A stretch of DNA of 64,000 nt from an uncultured virus (IMG/VR IMGVR_UViG_3300007900_000103) (lineage: Duplodnaviria; Heunggongvirae; Uroviricota; Caudoviricetes): IMG/VR virus record IMGVR_UViG_3300007900_000103. The stretch is one strand, 5' to 3'. Shown here one piece after another: positions 8,668 to 18,655 of the stretch (position 1 is its first letter; each line of letters opens with the position of its first letter). The notes below the pieces were generated by a model. That model had not been told where the DNA came from. It saw only the letters and a program-made list of their open reading frames with translations, and did no database searches. The position numbers and the translations under genes were made by a program.

Positions 8668-10145
8668 TGGCAGACAGGACGGACATCACATACATCCAGC
8701 AGCTCACACCTCGTGTGGCTGAGATCGCGGCTCCCTCGACGGAGATCGTGATGCAGGACTATGTGGATACGTCTCGCCTTGAGGAAGAGCGGTTCCAGTC
8801 GATGGGCTTCGGTAAGCTCATCAATGCCTCTGGTAAGGAGCAGCTCGATGCCAACACCATCGTCTCGATCACGGTGCAGGAGCAGAACCTTCAGCTGGCA
8901 TTTGCTCGACGCAATGACCCGGCTGAGACTGGCACGGTAACAACAGGGTCCGGTCCACCCAATGCGGTGGGCTGGATCACGTTCGTGGACACCAGTGCTG
9001 ACTTCATTGCAGCTGGTGTGGCACCCGGCTCGTACATCATCAACTGGACTGATCGCAACACCAGTGACGTGGTGAACGTGGTGGATGCCAATACGCTGAC
9101 ACTGAAGACACCATTCAACGGTACGGACAACGAGTACGACATCGGTGATGCCTACTCAGTGTGGAATGTCACGCAGGTGCGCACGTCAGGCGGCAACCTG
9201 ACAGCTGTTGATGAGGTGGGTGATCCGATCCCTGCCATCCTGCCTACGTGGGGCACGCAGGTGATCCTGCAAACGTCATCGTCTGGCACCATCTCAGAGC
9301 TGGGTGAGATCAGGTACGCAGCCTATGGTGGTGGGGTCAGTCTCGACCCAAGCAACCCGAATGCCATCAGCGGCACTGACTACCCAGCTGGCACTATGGC
9401 AGTGCCATCGGATAACTGGGCAGATGCACTGTCTATCCATGACACCTTGGGTCTGAAAAAGCTATTCCTCAATGGCACCAGCTACACAGTGCCAGCCAGT
9501 ACTGATCTGTCCAATGACGTGTGGATCGTTGGTGGTGGCGCGACAGTCACCGTGCTTACCATCCCTGACTCTGCCAACACAGCCAACCTGCGTGTGCAGG
9601 ACTGCTACTTGGAGTCGAGCTTCATTGATGATGCCAACCTTGTCGAGCGCAGCTTGATGAATGACTGCACCATGAGTGGTGGCTTCTACTTCGAGGTCGC
9701 ATTCACTGGCTCGCAGGTCATCACCGGCTCTGGTCAGTGCAACATCTACGAGTGCTACTCAGGCGTTGCAGGTGGTGGGGCAGGACAGACACCGAGCTTC
9801 GATGTGGGTGGCGCAATCATCGCTGGTCGTGGTTGGACAGGTGGTGTCGAGTTTCTCAATAAGGGCACTGCGGCAGCGTTCTCATGGGACATGGACTCAG
9901 GTCGTGTGATTGTGAACGACAACAACACAGCTGGCACCATGACGTTTCGTGGCTTCGGGTTCTGGGAGAACGAGGACACCTATGTTGGCACCACGGTCGT
10001 TGATGACCAGCTGCACAACACAGCAGCCGTGGCTGACTCAGTGTGGGATGCACTGATAGCTGATCACTCAGTCTCTGGCTCTTTCGGAGAGTTCATCGTG
10101 CGCCGTCTGTTGACGGTCGCGAAGTTCTTCAGCTTGAGGACATAA
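8667..10145 (+). CDS. acidic Gly/Thr-rich probable virion protein
   Basis: 492 aa, TAATG coupling on both sides; motifs shared with 5512..8043. Confidence 0.7.
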   Translation: MADRTDITYIQQLTPRVAEIAAPSTEIVMQDYVDTSRLEEERFQSMGFGKLINASGKEQLDANTIVSITVQEQNLQLAFARRNDPAETGTVTTGSGPPNAVGWITFVDTSADFIAAGVAPGSYIINWTDRNTSDVVNVVDANTLTLKTPFNGTDNEYDIGDAYSVWNVTQVRTSGGNLTAVDEVGDPIPAILPTWGTQVILQTSSSGTISELGEIRYAAYGGGVSLDPSNPNAISGTDYPAGTMAVPSDNWADALSIHDTLGLKKLFLNGTSYTVPASTDLSNDVWIVGGGATVTVLTIPDSANTANLRVQDCYLESSFIDDANLVERSLMNDCTMSGGFYFEVAFTGSQVITGSGQCNIYECYSGVAGGGAGQTPSFDVGGAIIAGRGWTGGVEFLNKGTAAAFSWDMDSGRVIVNDNNTAGTMTFRGFGFWENEDTYVGTTVVDDQLHNTAAVADSVWDALIADHSVSGSFGEFIVRRLLTVAKFFSLRT

Positions 10146-11797
10146 TGGACCTGCAACCACAAACAGCAGAGGACTTCGGCTACAGCTGGACCATGATGCA
10201 GGCTGAGCAGGCTCGTCGTGATCTACGCCAGTTCGTGGCTGATGCGTGGCATGTGGTTGAACCGGGCAAGGAGTACAAGGGCAACTGGCACATTGATGCC
10301 ATCTGCGATCACCTCACGTATGTATCACTGGGTGATATTGATGACCTCGTGATCAACATCCCACCTCGTCACTCGAAGTCCACGATCGTGGCTGTGATGT
10401 GGCCTGCATGGGAGTGGTTGTGGCAACCATCGACACAGTGGCTGTTCGCAACCTACGCCAGTGCGCTGACCATTCGCGACTCGGTGAAGACACGTCGCCT
10501 GATCCAGTCACCGTGGTATCAGGAGAACTTCGGTGATGCCTACCAGTTATCGAGTGACCTGAACCAGAAGGGCAGGTTCGACAACGACCACAACGGCTAC
10601 CGTCTCGCCACCTCGGTTGGTGGTACGGCAACGGGTGAGGGTGGCGACAGGATCGTGGTGGATGACGCGCACAACATGAAGGAGATCAACTCCGATACCG
10701 TGCGACAGGGTGTGATCGAGTGGTGGCGTGATGTCATGTCCACTCGTGGTAACGACCCGAAGAAACTGGGACGGTGCATCATCGCTCAGCGTGGTCACCA
10801 CAAGGACCTTCCCGGTCATGTGCTCGCATCAGGTACGTGGGTGCATCTCAACCTGCCGGGATACTTCGTGCCAAGCAACAGATGCGTCACCATAGCGAAG
10901 AAGGACTCACCTCGTATCGTGCCTGCACAAGAGGGCATCTTCACGTTCGGTGATCACATCGAGCCGCTGGAGAAGGACCAGAAGATATTCGTTGACCCAC
11001 GCACCAAAGAGAATCAACTGCTGACACCAGATCGCTTCGGTCCTGAAGAGATGGCGAAGCTCAGCTACGAGCTGACCGAGCGTGGCTTCGAGTCACAGAT
11101 TCAGCAGAACCCATCAGCCAAGGGCGGCAACATCCTGAAGGAAGAGCACTGGCGTGAGTGGGTCGAGCCAGAGCTACCGGGAATCAACTTCGTCCTACAG
11201 GTGTACGACACCGCATTCGAGGAAACAGAAGAGAGCGACTTCAGCGCCCGGACCACGTGGGGTGTGTTCGAGTACGAAGAGCGCCTCGATCCGAAGCTGC
11301 CATGGACAGCTCAGTACAAGGGTCAGACACGACTGTGCATGATCCTGCTGGAGCGTATGAATAGGCGACTGGAGTTCCCAGAGCTGCGAGCCAATGCGAT
11401 GGAAGCAGCCAACCTGTGGAAGCCAGACAAGATACTCATCGAGAAGAAGGCATCGGGTCACTCACTCGCGCAGGAGATGAGGCGAGCGAACCTGCCGGTG
11501 GCACGCATACCGATCAAGGACTCGAAGTTCGTACGCGCACACGCTGCCTCACTGGTACTGGAGCGCGGCTGTGTGTTCTACGTGAAGCGCAACTGGGCTG
11601 ACGAGGTGATCCAGCAGTGCGGTAACTTCCCGGCTGATGATCATGACGACATGGTGGATACCGTGACGATGGCTCTCATGTGGCTGCGTAAGCGCTGGAG
11701 TGCTGAGTATCTCGATGACGACGACAACGACGACTTAATGAGCCACGCGACTGCTCCGATCAGGATGTACGGTGGTGGCGTGAGACAAGGGGCTTAA
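10145..11797 (+). CDS. terL: terminase large subunit
   Basis: INIPPRHSKST (Walker A), IVVDDAHN (Walker B), YDTAF, IEKKASG, HDDMVD nuclease motifs. Confidence 0.95.
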   Translation: MDLQPQTAEDFGYSWTMMQAEQARRDLRQFVADAWHVVEPGKEYKGNWHIDAICDHLTYVSLGDIDDLVINIPPRHSKSTIVAVMWPAWEWLWQPSTQWLFATYASALTIRDSVKTRRLIQSPWYQENFGDAYQLSSDLNQKGRFDNDHNGYRLATSVGGTATGEGGDRIVVDDAHNMKEINSDTVRQGVIEWWRDVMSTRGNDPKKLGRCIIAQRGHHKDLPGHVLASGTWVHLNLPGYFVPSNRCVTIAKKDSPRIVPAQEGIFTFGDHIEPLEKDQKIFVDPRTKENQLLTPDRFGPEEMAKLSYELTERGFESQIQQNPSAKGGNILKEEHWREWVEPELPGINFVLQVYDTAFEETEESDFSARTTWGVFEYEERLDPKLPWTAQYKGQTRLCMILLERMNRRLEFPELRANAMEAANLWKPDKILIEKKASGHSLAQEMRRANLPVARIPIKDSKFVRAHAASLVLERGCVFYVKRNWADEVIQQCGNFPADDHDDMVDTVTMALMWLRKRWSAEYLDDDDNDDLMSHATAPIRMYGGGVRQGA

Positions 11798-11798
11798 G

Positions 11799-14234
11799 AT
11801 GGCAACAATGAATGACGCACCACGTATCAGTGAGATGCCGCAGGACGAAGAAGATCAGGTAATGGATCAGAACGTCGATGGTGCTCGCGTTCAGCGCAGA
11901 GGCAACAGCGCTGTAGTGGACTTCGCGCCCGGTGCGCAACGCATGTCTCAGGACGACAGCGATGAGCACTCTGCGAACATCATGGGTGACCTTGATGAGC
12001 GACAGCTGGCTGAGCTGGCAAACACAATCATCGAGTGGGTAGACGTTGACATCGAGTCGCGCAAGGACTGGGAGCAACGCATGGATCAGGCCATGGAGCT
12101 ACTGGGCCTGAACAACATCCCGCTTGAAGAGCTTCCCTTCGAGGGTGCCTCTGCTGTTACCTACCCACTGATCGGAGAAGCAGTGGTGCAGTTCCAGTCA
12201 CGTGCCATCGAAGAGGTTTTCCCCAGCGAAGGTCCGGTCAAGACCAAGATCGTTGGTGAGATGACCATTGAGGTGCAGGAGCAAGCCGAGCGCGTCAAGA
12301 ATCACATGAACTACCAGATTCTCGATCAGGACAGCTCGTACTTCTGGAACGTCGATGCGATGCTCTTCTACCTGCCGTTGGGTGGCAGCGCCTTCAAGAA
12401 GACGTACTTCGACCCGGTTACAGAGATGGTGGTGTCCCGCTTCGTGAAGTCCACTGACTTCATCGTGCCGTACATCGCCACTGACCTGCACAGCTCACCC
12501 CGCTACACGCACCGCATGTTCAAGAACAAGTCGGTGATGAAGAAGTTGTTCGCATCAGGCTTCTACGAAGAGTTTGACCTACCCCCTGCCATGCCGTACT
12601 CAGCGGACAGCATGGAGGATCGCGAGCGTGAGCACGAAGATCAGGCTGACTCACGCACACCGGATACCCATACCGACGATGACATCTACACCCTGTACGA
12701 GTGTCACTGTGATCTGGAGCTGGATAACGGGGATGATGAGCGCTACGAGAGAGACGCACCGCTGCCGTACATCGTCACGGTAGAGCGCAACACCAGAAAG
12801 ATCGCATCCATCCGTCGCAACTGGAAGGAAGAGGACCACCTGACGCAGAAGCGCATGTGGTTCACGCATTACAAGTACCTGCCGGGTCTAGGCTTCTACG
12901 GCTTCGGACTGTTGCACATGATCGGCTCTGTGGCTGAGGCTACTTCAGGCACGATCAGAGCGCTGCTGGACTCAGCTGCGTTTGCCAACATGCAGGGCGG
13001 CTTCGTATCCAACGACGCGAAGCTCAAGCCGGGAGATAAGCACATCGACCCCGGTGTCTACAAAGAGGTCAACATGTCAGCCGAAGAGCTGGCGCGTGCC
13101 TTCTACACACCACCGTTCAAAGAACCGTCGATGGCGGTCGCTCGACTGTTCGAGATTCTCAAGGAAGGTGGCAAGTCATTCTCATCGTCAACCGAGGTGT
13201 TGACTGGTGAGGCAAAGAATACTGGTCCGGTAGGAACAACCATTGCACTTATCGAGCAGGGCAGCAAACCTTTCTCAGCCATCCATAGGCGTTTGCACAT
13301 GGCTGCTGCGGAAGAGTTTAAGCTCCGTGCTGAACTCAACTATGAGTTCCTGCCAGACCAGTACCCTTACAAGGTAGAGAACGCTGAAGGTGTGGTGATG
13401 CGCAACGACTATGACGGTCGTGTCGATGTCATCCCGATCAGTGACCCGAACATCTTCAGCTCGACGCAGAGGATCGCTCAGGGTCAGGCACTGGTCGAGC
13501 GTGCTGAGCAGGCACCTGATCTCTACAACCGCATGGAGGTGGAGAAGCGCTTCCTGAAAGCCATTCGCATACCAGACCCGGAAGGCGTGTTGCAGGTGAA
13601 CAACCCGCAGCGTCTCGACCCGGTGACCGAGAACATGCGGATGATGCAGGGACAGTCAGCGAACGCCTTCATCGAGCAGCAGCACGAGGCTCACATACAG
13701 GTGCATATCAACTTCGTTAATGGTCTAGCGCCAGAGGCACTGGAGAAGATTGGTCCACCCATGGAAGCGCACTTGGCAGAGCACTTCGCCTTCAAGTACT
13801 TCAACGAGATGAACGCTCAGCTTGGAGGACAGCTACCACCACCGGGTAGCTTCACCGACGAGCAGCCCATGGACCCAGAGATGGAGATGCAGATTGCACA
13901 GGCAGCAGCGATGGTCCCAGAGTTCCAGATCATGGAAGAGGGAGAGTCGCTCGACCCAGAGCAGGAGGCATTCGACGCAGAGCAGCGGCGCAGGGATGAA
14001 GAGCACGCCAGAGAGCTGGACCGTCTGGACGAGAAGGCACTGGCAGACATCAACCGGCAAGACCTTGCAGCACTGAGTAAGGAGGACCGTGAAGACTATC
14101 TCGCCAAAGCGAAGGATGAACGCGAAGACCGTGCAGCCAAAGCGAAGAGCAAGCGTGAAGATACCCTTGCCGCAGCGAAAGCATCACGAGAGAAGAAGGC
14201 AGCAGCAGCGAAACCTAAACCAAAGGCGCAATGA
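11799..14234 (+). CDS. portal protein (P22-like)
   Basis: 811 aa directly after TerL; PFEGAS.V.YPL, YLPLGGSAFKK, FYGFGLLH, PVGTTIAL motifs typical of podoviral portals. Confidence 0.9.
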   Translation: MATMNDAPRISEMPQDEEDQVMDQNVDGARVQRRGNSAVVDFAPGAQRMSQDDSDEHSANIMGDLDERQLAELANTIIEWVDVDIESRKDWEQRMDQAMELLGLNNIPLEELPFEGASAVTYPLIGEAVVQFQSRAIEEVFPSEGPVKTKIVGEMTIEVQEQAERVKNHMNYQILDQDSSYFWNVDAMLFYLPLGGSAFKKTYFDPVTEMVVSRFVKSTDFIVPYIATDLHSSPRYTHRMFKNKSVMKKLFASGFYEEFDLPPAMPYSADSMEDREREHEDQADSRTPDTHTDDDIYTLYECHCDLELDNGDDERYERDAPLPYIVTVERNTRKIASIRRNWKEEDHLTQKRMWFTHYKYLPGLGFYGFGLLHMIGSVAEATSGTIRALLDSAAFANMQGGFVSNDAKLKPGDKHIDPGVYKEVNMSAEELARAFYTPPFKEPSMAVARLFEILKEGGKSFSSSTEVLTGEAKNTGPVGTTIALIEQGSKPFSAIHRRLHMAAAEEFKLRAELNYEFLPDQYPYKVENAEGVVMRNDYDGRVDVIPISDPNIFSSTQRIAQGQALVERAEQAPDLYNRMEVEKRFLKAIRIPDPEGVLQVNNPQRLDPVTENMRMMQGQSANAFIEQQHEAHIQVHINFVNGLAPEALEKIGPPMEAHLAEHFAFKYFNEMNAQLGGQLPPPGSFTDEQPMDPEMEMQIAQAAAMVPEFQIMEEGESLDPEQEAFDAEQRRRDEEHARELDRLDEKALADINRQDLAALSKEDREDYLAKAKDEREDRAAKAKSKREDTLAAAKASREKKAAAAKPKPKAQ

Positions 14235-14235
14235 A

Positions 14236-14469
14236 GTGGATAACGTCAAACCATCAGACGTTCGCGCCGCGCGCGAGTTCCTGCGCAAGCGTGGAGTTCG
14301 AGGTGTATCCCCTCGTCAATTTGCCCGATCCGCGATGGAATCCGGCATGTCATATCAAGCACTGCTCGGAAAACTGGCAGGCGTAGCAAGGAGAAAAGTA
14401 AATGCAAGTAACGATGAGAAAGTTCGTAAAGGACCTGATTCAAGGTCTCAATCAGGTGGGAGTGAATAG
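14236..14469 (+). CDS. hypothetical protein
   Basis: GTG just after portal stop; in frame with ORF-track 14089..14469. Confidence 0.45.
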   Translation: MDNVKPSDVRAAREFLRKRGVRGVSPRQFARSAMESGMSYQALLGKLAGVARRKVNASNDEKVRKGPDSRSQSGGSE

Positions 14470-14641
14470 GGCTGTACAACTTGGCAAGGGTCAATGCAAA
14501 GACCACGCAGAGTACATGAAGCACGTTGGCTTCATTGCTGGCTTGGAGCAGGCATCGGCGTTGGCTGACAACATGCTCAGGCAGGTCGAGGAAGCTGATC
14601 GTGATGAAGACCTGCCAAGGATGGATGGCGGCAATGACTGA
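14402..14641 (+). CDS. small hypothetical protein
   Basis: AGGAG RBS; 79 aa, EYMKHVGFIAGL. Confidence 0.65.
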   Translation: MQVTMRKFVKDLIQGLNQVGVNRAVQLGKGQCKDHAEYMKHVGFIAGLEQASALADNMLRQVEEADRDEDLPRMDGGND

Positions 14642-15032
14642 AGTCGCATTCAAGGAACCACAGACAGACATAGAGGTCGAGTTGCCACTACAGCCGGTTG
14701 GCTGGCGTGTGCTGATTCGACCGTACAAGCCCAAAGAGACGTGGGGTGAGTCAGAGCTTGTCGTGGCTGATGAGGCGCTGGAATCCGAGGAACTGCTGAC
14801 CTACGTTGGTCAGATAGTTGCCATGGGTGACCAGTGCTTCAAGGCCATCACTCGCTCAGGTATCGACATGTCAACCATCGAACCCAAGCCGAAAGTCGGT
14901 GACTGGGTGATGTATGGCACCTACGGTGGGCAATCACTTCGTATGAAGAACGGCAACAAGTTCTTGATTATGAACGACGATGGCATCATGGGCGTAGTCC
15001 CTGATCCCACAGTGTTCAGAGTCTACTTGTAA
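14634..15032 (+). CDS. groES: GroES/Cpn10-like co-chaperonin
   Basis: LQPVGWRVLI, VGQIVAMG, KVGDWVMYGTYGG, FLIMNDDGIMGVV match Cpn10 pattern. Confidence 0.85.
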   Translation: MTEVAFKEPQTDIEVELPLQPVGWRVLIRPYKPKETWGESELVVADEALESEELLTYVGQIVAMGDQCFKAITRSGIDMSTIEPKPKVGDWVMYGTYGGQSLRMKNGNKFLIMNDDGIMGVVPDPTVFRVYL

Positions 15033-15040
15033 GGGGTATA

Positions 15041-16057
15041 ATGATGGGACAGGAAAACGAAATTGTTTTTGAAGACCTTCACGGTGTTAATGAAGAGGAC
15101 GCTGTGGAAGTCGATTTGGACGCTGCCACGAAAGACGATGGCATCACACGCACTCCTGCTGATGAAGTGGTAGTGGATGATGCCGCAGGCGACGACGACA
15201 TCGAGTTCTCTAATCTGCGTGACGCTGATGCCTCACCAGATGCAGGGGGTGATGATGCCGCAAGTAATGACAGTGACGATGACGCTTACTCCAAGAAGGT
15301 GCAGGCTCGAATCAAACGCGCCACACATGGTGAAAAGAAGGCAAAGCAGGAAGCCTCGTATTGGAAGACGCAAGCCGAGAACCTCGCGAAAGAGCAATCA
15401 ACTCTGAGCAAGGAGAGTCTTGAGAGTAAGGTCGAACAGGGCAAAGCAGCTATTGAGGCAACGCTAGAAGATTTGGAACGTGCCGTTGAGGATGGTGACA
15501 CCAAGACACAGGTGAAGCTGACCGGGCAACTTACGGATCAGAAGGCTGAGGTGATACAGGCTGAGGTTGCTCTTCAGGATTTACCAGAGAGTGGTAATCT
15601 TCAACCATTCAGTGGTAAAGTAGAAGATGAGTCCACAACGCAGTCGAAGGCTGAAGAGTGGACTGATGGTCACTCTGATTGGTACAGGCAGGACGGCTTT
15701 GAACGCCAGACACGCCTTGCCAATCGGATTGATCGTCAGCTCTTTGAGGAAGGGTACGATCCGAAGACGCAAGAGTACTTTGATGAACTCGACAGTCGTC
15801 TGAAAGAGAAGGCACCTGAACTCTTTGATGATGCTGCCGATGACGGTACATCGACAGAGCGACGACCCAAGAGGTCACCAGTCGCACCTGTTGGTGGAGC
15901 CGACTCAAGTCGCCAGCGCAGTAGTGGAAACAAAGTTCAACTTGACAGTGAGGATTTTGCAAACATGCGGCGCTTTGGTCTCGATCCGAACGATCCTAAA
16001 GTTCTGAAAGAGTACGCAAAGAACAAGCGTGAAACCCTAACCGGAGCAAACTCATGA
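15041..16057 (+). CDS. capsid scaffolding protein
   Basis: acidic coiled-coil 338 aa upstream of MCP; YSKKVQARI, EYFDELDSRL, EYAK at C-terminus. Confidence 0.75.
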   Translation: MMGQENEIVFEDLHGVNEEDAVEVDLDAATKDDGITRTPADEVVVDDAAGDDDIEFSNLRDADASPDAGGDDAASNDSDDDAYSKKVQARIKRATHGEKKAKQEASYWKTQAENLAKEQSTLSKESLESKVEQGKAAIEATLEDLERAVEDGDTKTQVKLTGQLTDQKAEVIQAEVALQDLPESGNLQPFSGKVEDESTTQSKAEEWTDGHSDWYRQDGFERQTRLANRIDRQLFEEGYDPKTQEYFDELDSRLKEKAPELFDDAADDGTSTERRPKRSPVAPVGGADSSRQRSSGNKVQLDSEDFANMRRFGLDPNDPKVLKEYAKNKRETLTGANS

Positions 16058-16596
16058 CTGGCAAGAAGACAACTAGAAAGAAAGTAGCACCTAAACCCGC
16101 TGTTACTACCCATGGCACAGACCATGGACACGAGTCTCGTGTGGACGAGATTTCGGAGTACGATGCCACCCACCAAGAGAGCAACACTGCATGGATTCGT
16201 CCAAGCAGTCTTGATGCACCACCTGCGCGAGAGGGAATGACTCAGCGCTGGGTGAGGCAGTCTGTCCGAGGTGCGGATGATCCCAAAAACTTGAACCGCT
16301 CGTGGCGAGAAGGATGGAGACCTCGTGCTCCAGAGAGCTTGCCAGAAGAATGGCGCATTTATGCCAACTTCGCGGACAAGGAAAACGGGATGATTGTGGT
16401 GGATGATCTCATCTTGATGGAGATCGACTCCAAAATCTTGGAAAAGCGGAAGGTAGCCACCAAGCGTGCTACGAAGTTACAAATGGCATCCGTTGACCAT
16501 GACCTTGAGTCGTCTCAGATAGCTGGACATCCGATTGTGAAGGAGCATAAGACATCGGTGTCCCACCCCGGAATAAGGGTGGCTGACGATGAATGA
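16054..16596 (+). CDS. conserved head-module hypothetical protein
   Basis: WIRPSSLDAPP, RWVR, REGWRP motifs; ATGA coupling. Confidence 0.7.
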   Translation: MTGKKTTRKKVAPKPAVTTHGTDHGHESRVDEISEYDATHQESNTAWIRPSSLDAPPAREGMTQRWVRQSVRGADDPKNLNRSWREGWRPRAPESLPEEWRIYANFADKENGMIVVDDLILMEIDSKILEKRKVATKRATKLQMASVDHDLESSQIAGHPIVKEHKTSVSHPGIRVADDE

Positions 16597-16607
16597 GGTA
16601 ATGTTCA

Positions 16608-17198
16608 ATGGCAAATCTCGACGCAAAAAGCGGGTTTAGTCCCGTACGCCACCTGAAGGGTGGCACAGTGCGTTACGATGGTGGCTTTGTAATTGCTTCT
16701 GCTCTGGCATCCGACATCTTCCTTGGCGATGTGGTCATCCTGACCGGCACCGGCAAGAACATTGATGTAGCACAGGGTGTCACCGGCACGCCAAGTACTC
16801 CGGTACTAGGTGTCTTCGCCGGTTGTCAATACACAGCCGCCAATGGTGACGTTGTATGGGCAAAGCAGTGGGCAACCGGAACGGTTACGGCAGCATCAGC
16901 AGACGCTGAGGCTTTCGTCTACACCGATCCAGCCATCGTATACGCAGTCCAAGCCCTGACCATCGCAGCAGCGGATGTTGGTCTTGCAGCAGACCTTGAG
17001 GAAGCAGTAGCTGGTAACGCAGCAACTGGTGTCTCTGGTATGCAGCTCGACTCGACGTTCGGCGCTACTGGTCAGTTCCTGACTCTCGGTCTCGCTTCCG
17101 CACCTGATGGGATTTTCCCAGCAGAGTACGGTGCTAATGCGAAGGTCGAAGTGGTCTTCAACGAAGCAGTTCTTGAAGCTGCCAAGCCTACGACTTAA
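16608..17198 (+). CDS. capsid-associated (decoration/cement-like) protein
   Basis: GAGG RBS; MANLDAKSGFSPVR, IFLGDVV, GVFAGCQYT; immediately before MCP. Confidence 0.7.
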   Translation: MANLDAKSGFSPVRHLKGGTVRYDGGFVIASALASDIFLGDVVILTGTGKNIDVAQGVTGTPSTPVLGVFAGCQYTAANGDVVWAKQWATGTVTAASADAEAFVYTDPAIVYAVQALTIAAADVGLAADLEEAVAGNAATGVSGMQLDSTFGATGQFLTLGLASAPDGIFPAEYGANAKVEVVFNEAVLEAAKPTT

Positions 17199-17211
17199 AG
17201 GAGCGTAAATA

Positions 17212-18126
17212 ATGGCTATCATGAATCGCGCTCGCTTTCGTAAGCAGCTACAGGAAGGTCTCAACACAGTGTTCGGAATGGAGTACAAGCGTTACGAACA
17301 GGAATGGAGACCTATTTTCGCAGTAGAGAACTCAACCAAAGCGTACGAGGAAGATGTACTGCTTGCTGGTCTGGCAGGTGCGCCTGTTAAGCCAGAAGGC
17401 GCTCCGGTCAGCTATGATCAGGGCGGCGAAGCATTCGTCTCTCGCTACGTCCATGAGACGATCGCTCTTGCGTTCGCACTCACGGAAGAGGCTGAGGAAG
17501 ACAATCTCTACGGCTCAATCGGCAGCAAGTACAGCAAGGCGCTTGCCCGTTCGATGCAGCACACCAAGGAAGTTAAAGGTGCAGCAGTACTGAACAACGG
17601 CTTCGACAATGCCTATCCGGGCGGCGACGGAGTTGAACTGTTTAGCACGGCTCATCCACTCTTCGGTGGTGGCACGCAGGCGAACACGTTTACGACACAG
17701 GCTGACCTGTCTGAAACTTCCCTTGAGGAAGCGATGATCGCAATCAGCAAGTTCGTGGACGAGCGCAGCATCCCGATCGCTGTACGTGCCCAGAAACTGA
17801 TTGTTCCACCCGATCTGATGTTTGTGGCAGAACGACTGTTGATGTCTCCATACCGTCCCGGTACGGCTGACAATGACGTAAACGCCATGAAGAAGATGGG
17901 GATGATCCCCGGTGGTTGCTTCAAGAACCATCGTTTGACGGATGCCAATGCGTGGCACCTCATTACGGATCAGCAGGACGGTCTGAAGCACATGATCAGA
18001 AAGAACATCCAACGTGGTATCGAGGGTGACTTTGAGACTGGCAACATGCGGTACAAAGCTCGCGAACGCTACTCGTTCGGCTGGTCTGACTATCGTGGCG
18101 GTTTCGCAAGTTCTGGCAACACGTAA
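17212..18126 (+). CDS. major capsid protein
   Basis: AAGGAG RBS; 304 aa, LQEGLNTVFG, HETIALAF, DGVELFSTAHP, DFETGNMRYKARERYSFGWSD. Confidence 0.9.
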   Translation: MAIMNRARFRKQLQEGLNTVFGMEYKRYEQEWRPIFAVENSTKAYEEDVLLAGLAGAPVKPEGAPVSYDQGGEAFVSRYVHETIALAFALTEEAEEDNLYGSIGSKYSKALARSMQHTKEVKGAAVLNNGFDNAYPGGDGVELFSTAHPLFGGGTQANTFTTQADLSETSLEEAMIAISKFVDERSIPIAVRAQKLIVPPDLMFVAERLLMSPYRPGTADNDVNAMKKMGMIPGGCFKNHRLTDANAWHLITDQQDGLKHMIRKNIQRGIEGDFETGNMRYKARERYSFGWSDYRGGFASSGNT

Positions 18127-18139
18127 GCCAACCTGAGTT

Positions 18140-18160
18140 GAGGGGGCTTCGTGCCCCCTC
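18140..18160 (+). terminator. GC-rich hairpin after MCP (weak terminator or mRNA stabiliser)
   Basis: GAGGGGGC-TTCGT-GCCCCCTC; no strong U-tract. Confidence 0.5.
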
Positions 18161-18200
18161 TCTCAACCCTGAAGACTCGTAAGAGACTGGAGACAGACAG

Positions 18201-18644
18201 ATGGGAAAGAGAAGCACAGTTAGTGGGTATTGGCGTGCCCACGGAGACCACAGGCGCACAGCAACAGCAGCGGTAGTTCCGGTGATGCTTGCTGTCACGT
18301 TTGATGGAGCAGCAGCCAACACAACGGGTACTGGCAAGTTTCTGCCAATTGGCGCGATTATCACTCAGGTGGACATCGTGTCAGGGCACACTGGTGGTAC
18401 GACACCGGCATTCGATATTGGTTTGCTAACCGCAACACCTGATCCTGATGGCATTGTTGATGGCGCGGTTTCGACCACGACTCAGCAGCTCGTTACTGGT
18501 GGTCTTGGTGCGTTGGCTGGCGTAGCCCTTACCGAAGCGGCTGAGATTTCAGCTGGTGACGATGGTACTGGCACAGCTGGCACCGGCAACATCACAGCGT
18601 ACATCACGTACACATTTGATGATGACGGCGTAGCGAACGACTAA
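18201..18644 (+). CDS. putative structural protein
   Basis: GGAG RBS, 147 aa Gly/Thr/Ala-rich after MCP. Confidence 0.7.
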   Translation: MGKRSTVSGYWRAHGDHRRTATAAVVPVMLAVTFDGAAANTTGTGKFLPIGAIITQVDIVSGHTGGTTPAFDIGLLTATPDPDGIVDGAVSTTTQQLVTGGLGALAGVALTEAAEISAGDDGTGTAGTGNITAYITYTFDDDGVAND

Positions 18645-18655
18645 GGGGGTGAGAC

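Noticed and set aside
10880..11000. Possible intein in TerL
   Set aside because: The extra segment is only ~35 aa with no C-terminal HN splice motif or endonuclease; total length is normal
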